This document shows, in pieces, positions 10,007-18,226 of a DNA stretch of 49,547 nt (positions are counted from its first letter, which is position 1; each line of letters starts with the position of its first letter). The position numbers and the translations under genes were made by a program. The notes under the pieces are model-generated. The model saw only the letters and a list, made by a program, of their open reading frames with translations. It did not search any database and was not told the origin of the DNA. The DNA lies in assembly GCA_913041895.1 (NCBI GenBank), contig CAJWKQ010000001.1, positions 1 through 49,547 of the forward strand, read 5' to 3'. Source of the stretch: an uncultured Verrucomicrobiales bacterium. Lineage in GTDB: Bacteria > Verrucomicrobiota > Verrucomicrobiia > Limisphaerales > UBA1100.

Positions 10007-11095
10007 CTAACGATCCCGCCCCAACCCAATTTTTCGACAATATCGAATACTACGTTCAATATCACTCTTCTGGAATTGCTGTTGGGCCTTTTTACGATCC
10101 ACTCCCGCAGGCGGCTTAAAAGTGCCGATAGATTTTCCCCGCTTAGCAAACGCTTCAAATTTATCATAACCCTTCGGCTTGCCCTTAGGCCAAACCTTCC
10201 AGAAAGCGTCCTGCTTTACTTTTAACTCGTGATTGAAACCCGAGATCGTCTCAATACATACTGGTGCTTCTGGACATACTTTTCTGTAGTAAGCAAAATA
10301 CTTCTTCCAATCCACCAAACCTTCGCCCATTGCAGTCCACGCTGCAGTGTAACCATTTGCACTAGGCCATGCCATAGTGTCTCGCAAACTGGTTGTTAAC
10401 ACGTAAGGCGCAAGGTTCTTCAGATTTTCCATGGGATCCTCCAGAGTCCAAACAGCATTGCCTGAATCCATATTCACCCCGACCCAGTCCTTGCCTGCCT
10501 CCTCTACCAAGCGCACCAGTTCCAATGAATGCATATCCCCCGCATGATTTTCCATGGCAATCTTGATTCCAGCGTCAACGGCGATACTTTTGTTTTCTTT
10601 GAGAAACTTCACTGTGTCATCAATTCGCGCATCAATGCCTCCTTCGGTCATTCGATCCTTGCGTGACCCTAGAATTACGCGAAATGCTGACGAACCAAGG
10701 GCCTTAGAAATCCGAACCCCCAATTCCAGATGCTCAGCTGCATTTCCCCAATCATTTTTAAAAGTTACTGAAGTCGGACAAATACTCCAGGATCCCACAT
10801 AAAGTTTTATACTCTTGTCATCAGCGTAATTCTTCAACCCCTTAAGATAACGTCCAGTAAAGCTCTGGAAAGGGCCAAGGTCAGTGATAAATAAGCAGTC
10901 ACAACGCAATACCTTGGCGTAATCAATCAGCTCTCTGGCATTCCAGCCCATAGCCCGAACCGCAAAATTATCTATACCGAGCCGTAAAGGCTGTTGCTCT
11001 TGATCTTTTGCAGCACTGGCAGGCAGAACTGAAGTGGCTGCAACAGCTGCAGAAGCAGCTAAAAAATCGCGTCTTTTCATGGACTGTAATTGCAT
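10007..11095 (-). CDS. Tat-exported sugar phosphate isomerase/epimerase (xylose isomerase-like TIM barrel)
   Basis: The ORF continues upstream to 11434, but that extension overlaps the divergent HAD gene. The ATG at 11095 (or 11080) gives MQLQSMKRRDFLAASAAVAATSVLPASA, a twin-arginine signal. The body (KIAMENHAGD, NMDSGN) fits AP_endonuc_2 / xylose isomerase-like TIM proteins. Confidence 0.75.
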   Translation of the reverse strand: MQLQSMKRRDFLAASAAVAATSVLPASAAKDQEQQPLRLGIDNFAVRAMGWNARELIDYAKVLRCDCLFITDLGPFQSFTGRYLKGLKNYADDKSIKLYVGSWSICPTSVTFKNDWGNAAEHLELGVRISKALGSSAFRVILGSRKDRMTEGGIDARIDDTVKFLKENKSIAVDAGIKIAMENHAGDMHSLELVRLVEEAGKDWVGVNMDSGNAVWTLEDPMENLKNLAPYVLTTSLRDTMAWPSANGYTAAWTAMGEGLVDWKKYFAYYRKVCPEAPVCIETISGFNHELKVKQDAFWKVWPKGKPKGYDKFEAFAKRGKSIGTFKPPAGVDRKKAQQQFQKSDIERSIRYCRKIGLGRDR

Positions 11096-11186
11096 GAACC
11101 CATTGGGAAACAGCTTTTGCTTTGAATCAAGACTCTTTCTCTTCGCAGGCTTGTTTTTTTGTCTCAAAGCGCATTGACTCCTCGCT

Positions 11187-12014
11187 GTGTCTGGCACAAT
11201 AGACCAACTGAGCATCCAATTTCTCCCTTCTTTTGTACCCCACCCAAATGCCACGCATGTGATATTTGATTTTGATGGCACACTTTCCTGGATACGCCAT
11301 GGATGGCCAGAGATCATGCAAACGGTAATGGGCCCACGTTTCCCCTTGAAAGAAGGAGAAACAAATAAGGATATCCGCGAGTATTTATTTGAGCAAATGT
11401 ACCGTTTTAACGGCCGACCCACACCACTTTTCATGGAAGAGATGGCTCGAGAAATTCAATCACGCTCAGGTGAAGCGGATTCCGATAAAATGTTTCAAGC
11501 CTTTCTATCTGTACTCAATAAAGAAGCCCTAGCACGGCACGAAAATATCCGGTCAAAAAAATGTCCCCCGGATGACTACATTGTTTATGGAGGACGCGCA
11601 TTCATTGAAACTTTGATTGAAGCTGGCCTTAAGGTGATTATCCTTAGCGGAAATCCACATGATCAAGTTAATGAAGAAGCAGATTTACTAGACCTCTCAC
11701 GCTATTGCCAAGGCCATGTCTATGGCCACACACATGCGGAGAATTTCTGCAAACAATCGATCATGGAAAAGCTGATGAAAGACGAAGGCTTTTCAGGCGA
11801 AAACCTTATCGCCATCGGTGATGGAGCTGCTGAGATCAAGGCAGCCAAAGCCTTGGGTGGACTTGCCGTTGCCATATGCAGTGATGAAGAAGTCAATGGA
11901 TCTGGGGTAATTGATGAAAATAAACTACCCATCCTACTGGATGGAGGCGCAGACTGCGTGATTGCCGATTACCGCGAACCGACTACCCTGTACAATCTAC
12001 TAACAGGCAAATGA
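11187..12014 (+). CDS. HAD-superfamily hydrolase
   Basis: 275-aa ORF with a GTG start (start uncertain). HAD motif I is VIFDFDGTLS, and there is a late GDGAAEI motif. The stop overlaps the start of the next gene (ATGA at 12011-12014). Confidence 0.7.
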   Translation: MSGTIDQLSIQFLPSFVPHPNATHVIFDFDGTLSWIRHGWPEIMQTVMGPRFPLKEGETNKDIREYLFEQMYRFNGRPTPLFMEEMAREIQSRSGEADSDKMFQAFLSVLNKEALARHENIRSKKCPPDDYIVYGGRAFIETLIEAGLKVIILSGNPHDQVNEEADLLDLSRYCQGHVYGHTHAENFCKQSIMEKLMKDEGFSGENLIAIGDGAAEIKAAKALGGLAVAICSDEEVNGSGVIDENKLPILLDGGADCVIADYREPTTLYNLLTGK

Positions 12015-13111
12015 AAAATATCGATCTTTCCAAACTCAAAACTTATCCGTTAGCCCAGCGCAAGAGTATGTCGACCATAGAGGAAACCCTCATCGACCCT
12101 GCTTCCCCTCCTCCAAGTCTCTCGTCCGCAAACCAAGAGCACGTTGCACGTTGTGCAGCCAATATTCGAAGTGCTCGCGAATCCGATTCCAGTGTTATCT
12201 ATATTTATGGCGCTCATCTCATTAAAAATGGCGCACACCTGCTTCTGGATGAACTCATGAATGGGGGCTGGATCACTCACTTGGCCACAAATGGAGCGGG
12301 AGTCATCCATGACTGGGAATGGGCATTTCACGGCAAATCTACTGAATGTGTCCGTTCCAACGTAGCCACAGGCACATTTGGCACCTGGGAGGAAACCGGA
12401 CATTACATTCACCTATCCCTTCTGGCAGGAGCAATAAATAACGAAGGTTTTGGGCAGAGCATTGGCCGCATGATCACTGAAGAAAACCTTTACCTCCCCT
12501 CAAAAACTGAACTGGAAAGCCAGTTGCGTGAAGCCCCCGCCCACCCGCTGTCACCAGCACGTGCCGAACTCTTGCAAACCATGACTCAGCATGACCTTAA
12601 GGATGGCCCCCAAGAAATCCCACACCCATGGAAATCTTCCTGCGTACTGGCCAATGCCATTAAACACAATATCCCCCTAACGGTGCACCCTGGAATCGGT
12701 TATGACATCATCTCAAATCACCCCATGTTTAATGGAGCAGCCTTGGGGCGTGCTGCACAGATAGATTTTTCGAGTTTTGGAGATTCAGTGGAAGGACTTG
12801 ATAACGGCGTCGTCCTTTCAGTAGGTAGCGCCATCATGGGACCGCAGGTGTTTGAGAAAAGCATATCGTGTGTGAATAATCTGCGACTACAGAACGAGCG
12901 GGCGACTGTCAAAGACCATGCCATTTATGTCGTCGATATTCAGGATGGTGGAAACTGGGACTGGAGCCAAGGCGAACCTCCCAAGGATAATCCTGCCTAT
13001 TACTTACGTTTCTGCAAAAGTTATGATCGAATGGGAGGTTCCATGTACTACGCTCAGTGTGACAACATTACGTTCACCTATCATCTTCTGAATGAACTTA
13101 AGTCGTTTTGA
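12011..13111 (+). CDS. deoxyhypusine synthase-like (DHS-like NAD-binding fold) protein, function unknown
   Basis: 366-aa ORF. The segment IYIYGAHLIKNGAHLLLDELMNGGWITHLATNGAGVIHDWEWAF..GKSTE..GTFGTWEETG resembles the bacterial/archaeal DHS-like family as I remember it. This was not verified by search. Confidence 0.45.
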   Translation: MKNIDLSKLKTYPLAQRKSMSTIEETLIDPASPPPSLSSANQEHVARCAANIRSARESDSSVIYIYGAHLIKNGAHLLLDELMNGGWITHLATNGAGVIHDWEWAFHGKSTECVRSNVATGTFGTWEETGHYIHLSLLAGAINNEGFGQSIGRMITEENLYLPSKTELESQLREAPAHPLSPARAELLQTMTQHDLKDGPQEIPHPWKSSCVLANAIKHNIPLTVHPGIGYDIISNHPMFNGAALGRAAQIDFSSFGDSVEGLDNGVVLSVGSAIMGPQVFEKSISCVNNLRLQNERATVKDHAIYVVDIQDGGNWDWSQGEPPKDNPAYYLRFCKSYDRMGGSMYYAQCDNITFTYHLLNELKSF

Positions 13112-14087
13112 GGAAATTACCTCCCGCTACAGTGAGCTGCGTATTGCTGTAGTAGGTGATTATAGTTGTGATCGGTATCTGGAAATTGATCCCTCCAAGG
13201 AGGAACTTTCCATCGAAACCAATCTAGCGGTACATAATATCACCAATGTGCGCGCCCAACCTGGAGCCTCTGGCACGGTTCTCAACAACCTTGTAGCATT
13301 GGGTGTAACTGAACTTTGGCCTGTTGGCTTTTGTGGGAGTGATGGAGAAGGCTTTGAGCTGCAACGTGCAATAGAGGCATTGCACGGTGTAAAAATGGAT
13401 TATTTCTTCGAAAACGAAAATCAGCACACCTTTACCTATTGTAAACCTATTGTCATGGAAGAGGGTCAGTCTCCGCGTGAACTCAGCCGGTTAGACAGCA
13501 AGAACTGGCATATCACTCCGGGGCCTCTACAAGAACAAATGGCTGGTGCAATTAAAGAATTAGCCAGGAAAGTAGACGCCATGATCGTGCTCGATCAGGT
13601 TGATGAACCTGAGACTGGAGTAGTCACACCGCTCGTGCTTTCTACAATAAATGAAATTCGTGATCAAACCCTGATTATCGGAGACAGCCGAAAAGGCCTG
13701 AAAGGCTGGCCCGATATCATCTACAAAATGAATGAATCAGAGCTCATAAAACTAACTGGAAAACCTGCGACCATGGCCAAGGATGCCGCAAGCCAATTGG
13801 CACAGGAGTCCGGCCAACCTGTTTTCGTAACCTTGGCGGAGGACGGAATGATCGGGGCAACACCTAACTCAGAAGTATTTCACAGTCCTGCCCTTTCTGT
13901 GAAGGGTGAAATTGATATTGTGGGAGCCGGGGACGCAGTAACGGCAAATCTCGCAACTGCCATGATCAGCGGCTCTGAAATTAGTGAAGCACTAGAATTG
14001 GCCAATGCTGCTGCTTCAGTCGTGATTCACAAACTAGGAACAACCGGAAATGCCTCAATCGAGGAAATAGAATCCTCACTAGACTGA
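13092..14087 (+). CDS. PfkB-family carbohydrate kinase (RfaE domain I / heptose-7-phosphate kinase-like)
   Basis: 331-aa ORF. The N-terminus is LRIAVVGDYSCDRYL, and the ATP/anion-hole motif DIVGAGDAVTANLA lies near the C-terminus. It overlaps the upstream gene by 20 nt. Confidence 0.75.
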   Translation: MNLSRFEEITSRYSELRIAVVGDYSCDRYLEIDPSKEELSIETNLAVHNITNVRAQPGASGTVLNNLVALGVTELWPVGFCGSDGEGFELQRAIEALHGVKMDYFFENENQHTFTYCKPIVMEEGQSPRELSRLDSKNWHITPGPLQEQMAGAIKELARKVDAMIVLDQVDEPETGVVTPLVLSTINEIRDQTLIIGDSRKGLKGWPDIIYKMNESELIKLTGKPATMAKDAASQLAQESGQPVFVTLAEDGMIGATPNSEVFHSPALSVKGEIDIVGAGDAVTANLATAMISGSEISEALELANAAASVVIHKLGTTGNASIEEIESSLD

Positions 14088-14090
14088 AAA

Positions 14091-15167
14091 TCACCACCCT
14101 TTCCAATAACGCGAGGGAGTTACACGCGGGACCCCTTCGGCCAGTTCCATGATTAAAACCTGTAGCTTCCTTGTTTCGGCAAACTGCAGACCTTCCTCCT
14201 TACCCAATACGCAAATAGCCGTTGCATAACAATCAGACAGGGTCGACGACGCAGAAATAACCGAGACCTGAATCCGATTAGTAAGGCCAATGCCATTGCG
14301 TGGATCGACGATATGAGAAAAAACAGTCCCATTTATTTCGACAAACTGCTCGGTATCACCCGATGTTGAAAGGGCACTATTATTCAAGTAAATCGTACGC
14401 GGATAAATGTTTCCAAATTCGTCCACATCACGAATCTCTATCTTCCAGCCAGACCTACCTAAAGGGGCACGACTAACAAGTATGTCACCACTCGCAGCAA
14501 CAAAGGCGCGGTTTATTCCTTTTCTTTTGAGGATCTGCATAGCCTCATCAACCGCATAACCCTTTGCAATACCTCCCAAATCCAGCTGCAAATCTGGGGC
14601 AGTCAGTGTAACAGTTTTATTGTTATTATTTAATTTTAGCTGATTGAAACCCACTCGTTTTTGAGCAGATCTCAATTGGTCCAAACTTAGAACCTTATCA
14701 GGATTCTTCTCGCGCTCCCTCCTGAGTTCTCTCCAAAGACGAACGCTAGCGCCTGCTGTAACATCAAACGCGCCACGGGTTTGCTGCGAAAGTTTATGCG
14801 CTATTAAAAGCACTTCAAAAAGCTCACCACTAACCTTGACTGGAACTCCCACAGGAGCTCGGCTAAGACGACTGAGCTCACTATCCGGCTCATAATCAGA
14901 AAAAATATAGTTTAGCTCCTCTACCCGTGAATAAACAGACTTGGCAACACGCTCAGCTCTGGCCTCGCTCGAAGCATAAAATTTGAGCTTAAAGTTCACA
15001 CCCATCTCAGATTCTACATATTCAAAGCGTTGCCATTTCGATTCCGGTGTAAAAACATGGCAACCTGTTGAAAACACTAACAACGTTAGAAAAAAAATGA
15101 ACACCTGCACAACCCGGAGAGTGCGGTCGCTGACCCTATAGGGCAATCTGTTAAATGAACGTATCAC
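14091..15167 (-). CDS. apbE: FAD:protein FMN transferase (ApbE family lipoprotein)
   Basis: It carries DLGGIAKGYAVD and other ApbE-like blocks. The ORF track start (15212) lies inside the terminator hairpin of the upstream gene. The GTG at 15167 gives (M)IRSFNRLPYRVSDRTLRVVQVFIFFLTLLVFSTGC, an arginine-rich n-region followed by a lipobox-like Cys. GTGs at 15110 and 15104 are alternatives. Confidence 0.8.
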   Translation of the reverse strand: MIRSFNRLPYRVSDRTLRVVQVFIFFLTLLVFSTGCHVFTPESKWQRFEYVESEMGVNFKLKFYASSEARAERVAKSVYSRVEELNYIFSDYEPDSELSRLSRAPVGVPVKVSGELFEVLLIAHKLSQQTRGAFDVTAGASVRLWRELRREREKNPDKVLSLDQLRSAQKRVGFNQLKLNNNNKTVTLTAPDLQLDLGGIAKGYAVDEAMQILKRKGINRAFVAASGDILVSRAPLGRSGWKIEIRDVDEFGNIYPRTIYLNNSALSTSGDTEQFVEINGTVFSHIVDPRNGIGLTNRIQVSVISASSTLSDCYATAICVLGKEEGLQFAETRKLQVLIMELAEGVPRVTPSRYWKGW

Positions 15168-15194
15168 CTGAACTCTCTCGCCAATAATTTCACA

Positions 15195-15221
15195 CAAAAA
15201 AAACCGCCCCATGAGGGCGGC
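15195..15221 (-). terminator. intrinsic terminator after the Gfo/Idh/MocA gene
   Basis: The minus strand reads GCCGCCCTCATGGGGCGG followed by TTTTTTTT. The stem is CCGCCC/GGGCGG (15204-15209 with 15215-15220) and the T-run covers 15196-15203. It begins about 26 nt after the stop codon at 15247. Confidence 0.8.
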
Positions 15222-15246
15222 ATTGGTTTTAATTAAAAGATACTAG

Positions 15247-16593
15247 CTAGGCAAACGGATTCCAAATTCCAGGGCGTGGAACAGGGTATTTACCGTCAGG
15301 GCCCTTCATTGCCGGTGGCTCAGTATCCACAGTCCAGTTATCGATGCCGGGACAATAATCTCGTCCTTTTTCAAGAAGATCATCCCACTTAATCTGACGC
15401 CCTGAGTAGCAAGCTTCGCGACCAAGAATCGCCGTAAAGGTTGCTTTGGCTCCGTATTCGCCCTCGTTATAAATCTCACCCTTCATCAAAGCCTCAATGA
15501 GATCGGTTTGTTCCTGCTGATGGCCGCCGCCTTTGCCGGTTATCCTAATAGGATTACCATCAAACGGAACAATGGCCGAAGCCAGCCTGCATGTGCCCTT
15601 GCTACCATGCGCGTATTCAGCTACGTGTCCGAAGGTTGCATTACCCCCGAGATGACGGCCTTGGCTATACATTTTGTGACCATTGGCATAGGTGTACTCA
15701 ACAAAAGTGTGATCGTAAATCTGAGTCTTGGTGCGGTCACCATAGGTTTTCCCAACTTGGCGCATCTCGCCACCACCCATACCGTTTGCCATAATAGGAT
15801 AGCCCTGCATGACCCAGTTACCTACATCAAGGTTATGGATGTGTTGCTCGCAAATTTGATCACCACTGGCCCAAATAAAGTGGTACCAGTTGTTGCATTG
15901 GAAAGCCATTTCAGATTGGCCCGGCTGGCGGTCCCGATACCAAATTCCGCGTCCATTCCAATAAACACGCATTAGGTTTATCTCACCTATCGCCCCATCA
16001 TGAAGCATCTTCACGTTGTTGATATAGCGTTCTTCATGACGACGCTGCAGACCAATACCTACCATGAGGTTCTTCTTTTTAGCCTCTTGAGCAGCTGCCA
16101 ATACACGCCGCACCCCTGGAGTATCAGAAGCAACAGGTTTTTCACAGAAAATGTGTTTATTTTGCTTAACCGCATACTCAAACTGTTGAGGCTTGAAACC
16201 TGGAGGAGTCGCAATAACAACCAGGCCATCTTTCCCTGCTGCGTCGATCGCCGACTTATAACCATTAAGGCCGCCAAAAACCCTGTCTTCCGGAACATCG
16301 ACCCAATCATTGAACTGTTTTCTATAGCCCGCGACCCTATCCTTGGCCTTCTTAGGGTCCACGTCTGCCACAGCAACTAGCTTAGTATTCCCTTTGGTGT
16401 TCCTTATCTGGCTAATAGCACCACTACCACGACCGCCACACCCCACAAGGGCAACACTCACTGTGTCACTACCTGCAGCATGTGCCACACGTTCTATCGG
16501 CAACTGGCTAAGTGCCGCACTTGCAGCTACTGCCGAACCGGATGTTTTAAGGAATTTGCGCCGACTTGGGGCGTTATCAGATTTTTTACTCAT
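15247..16593 (-). CDS. Tat-exported Gfo/Idh/MocA-family oxidoreductase
   Basis: 448-aa ORF with the twin-arginine signal SRRKFLKTSGSAVAASAA, the Rossmann motif VALVGCGGRGSGA and the EKP motif (FCEKPVA). Confidence 0.85.
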   Translation of the reverse strand: MSKKSDNAPSRRKFLKTSGSAVAASAALSQLPIERVAHAAGSDTVSVALVGCGGRGSGAISQIRNTKGNTKLVAVADVDPKKAKDRVAGYRKQFNDWVDVPEDRVFGGLNGYKSAIDAAGKDGLVVIATPPGFKPQQFEYAVKQNKHIFCEKPVASDTPGVRRVLAAAQEAKKKNLMVGIGLQRRHEERYINNVKMLHDGAIGEINLMRVYWNGRGIWYRDRQPGQSEMAFQCNNWYHFIWASGDQICEQHIHNLDVGNWVMQGYPIMANGMGGGEMRQVGKTYGDRTKTQIYDHTFVEYTYANGHKMYSQGRHLGGNATFGHVAEYAHGSKGTCRLASAIVPFDGNPIRITGKGGGHQQEQTDLIEALMKGEIYNEGEYGAKATFTAILGREACYSGRQIKWDDLLEKGRDYCPGIDNWTVDTEPPAMKGPDGKYPVPRPGIWNPFA

Positions 16594-16665
16594 AAAATAA
16601 AAAGGGGTGTTTGGGTCTAAAATCGGTACGGAAACTCTAACGTTTTCTGCTGGGTTGTCCAGAGA

Positions 16666-18108
16666 TCAATCTATGGGAGTATCATATTCCACCTCATTAT
16701 TCCAATAGGCCTTCATTTCCTCTTTGGATGGAACTTCCAGAGGTCGCACAATTCGCATCCCCAGAAATGTAGCATCTGTAAGATACCAAATACTCTTTGG
16801 AAGTTGTGGATCTTGTTGTTTCCACTGAGGTCCAGAGAAGATACGAGCAGCACTACGCAGCTTGGATAGCGGCATTTGGTCATGAAACGAACCACCACGG
16901 GCCACGTGGGGATAAGGCTTGGTTCCTTTCACCCAAGGGTTTACGAGCAGGTCTTTGGAAGCCTTATATGGCGCGTAACCATCTAAAACCCATTCAGCAA
17001 CATTACCATGGATGTCATACAACCCCCATGGATTAGGATTTTTACCACCAACAGGGCGATAGCGTGATTCAAATGTAATGGGGTCAAAAACATTTTTTTG
17101 GTTCCAGGTTCTTGAATTGAGTGTTGCCTGATCATCCTCATCACCCCAAGAGTACGCGGTAGTAGTTCCAGCCCTAGCAGCGTATTCCCATTCAGCTTCA
17201 GTCGGCAAACGGTAGAAATGTCCTGTTTTGGAACTCAACCATTGGCAGTATTTATTGGCCGCATGCTGTGTCATACAAATAGCCGGATGCTTTCCGGTGC
17301 CCATCCCAAAATCCATATTCACATAAGGCTTTGTTGGAGTAGCTACTGCATCCAAATAGTATTCAGAAGATCCATCCTTCAAAGAATTGTTTCTCCCATA
17401 GTACATGAACTTATGGTATTCATCCCAGGTCACCTCATACTTGCCCATCCAGAAAGGGGAAACTTTAACCTTTCGCTGAGGCCCTTCATCCTCGTTTCTT
17501 CCTTTTTCACTCTCAGGACTACCCATCAGGAAAGCGCCGCCCTTAATCGGCACCATTTCGTAATCAACCAAAGTATCAGGAATCCTTTTTTTATAGGGCT
17601 TCATTGAAGATTCATTTGCCTTGTTATGATTAGCCGAAATTTTGTCATAAATGGCTGTAATAATCTTTTCTTCATCCTCTCCCTTCATGATTTTCTTTTT
17701 TGGTTTGAGTTGTAATCCCTCAGGCCAAGAGGCTCCCTGATCGATCCATAGGGCAACCAACTCAATCTCCTCCTTTGTTGGCCTTTGGCTTTTTTCCTTT
17801 GGCGGCATCACCAACTCATCATCCAGAGGCAAAGTCATGAATTCCCAAACAGTACTGGATTCATGATCTCCAGGCTTAACCCCTGTTCCTTCACGCCTCC
17901 CTTTAAAGGTCAATTCCTTAACATCCATCCGGTAAGCCCCTCCGGACTCTTTTGCAAAACCTTCTCTGTGGCAACCCACACAATTATACTCAAGAATAGG
18001 CTGTATTTCCTTTACGAAATCTACCTTGCGCGGCTTTTTTACAGCAGCCTCGACCGAAAAGCTAATAACCACACAAAGAGCTAATATTCCTGTAAATTTA
18101 GGCTTCAT
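16666..18108 (-). CDS. secreted cytochrome-c-domain / formylglycine-generating-enzyme (FGE-sulfatase) family fusion protein
   Basis: 480-aa ORF with a signal peptide and an N-terminal CXXCH (NCVGCHR) in a PSCyt-like context. The C-terminal SUMF1/FGE motifs are [29 protein letters not shown] and RGGSF. Confidence 0.8.
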   Translation of the reverse strand: MKPKFTGILALCVVISFSVEAAVKKPRKVDFVKEIQPILEYNCVGCHREGFAKESGGAYRMDVKELTFKGRREGTGVKPGDHESSTVWEFMTLPLDDELVMPPKEKSQRPTKEEIELVALWIDQGASWPEGLQLKPKKKIMKGEDEEKIITAIYDKISANHNKANESSMKPYKKRIPDTLVDYEMVPIKGGAFLMGSPESEKGRNEDEGPQRKVKVSPFWMGKYEVTWDEYHKFMYYGRNNSLKDGSSEYYLDAVATPTKPYVNMDFGMGTGKHPAICMTQHAANKYCQWLSSKTGHFYRLPTEAEWEYAARAGTTTAYSWGDEDDQATLNSRTWNQKNVFDPITFESRYRPVGGKNPNPWGLYDIHGNVAEWVLDGYAPYKASKDLLVNPWVKGTKPYPHVARGGSFHDQMPLSKLRSAARIFSGPQWKQQDPQLPKSIWYLTDATFLGMRIVRPLEVPSKEEMKAYWNNEVEYDTPID

Positions 18109-18226
18109 ATTTCAGGTAATGAACGTGAGTCATAGCCAAAAGTCAATCTTAGGGAACCTCCACAGATCTTAGACGCTTTTATTAAAATAAATCTTCAGCA
18201 AATTAATTACTCAGAAACTCTCAATT

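Noticed and set aside
11096-11434. 5' extension of the isomerase ORF (track start 11434)
   Set aside because: The extension overlaps the divergent HAD gene and encodes a basic, non-homologous peptide. A twin-arginine signal begins at the internal ATG (11095/11080), which marks the real N-terminus.
15168-15212. Upstream part of the apbE ORF
   Set aside because: The track start codon sits inside the stem-loop/T-run of the terminator of the preceding gene. A downstream GTG gives a proper lipoprotein-type signal.
18109-18226. Search for a terminator or ncRNA between the TPR-536 gene and the FGE-like gene
   Set aside because: I found no GC-rich hairpin with a T-run on the minus strand. I cannot tell whether the operon ends here, so it remains an open question rather than a feature.
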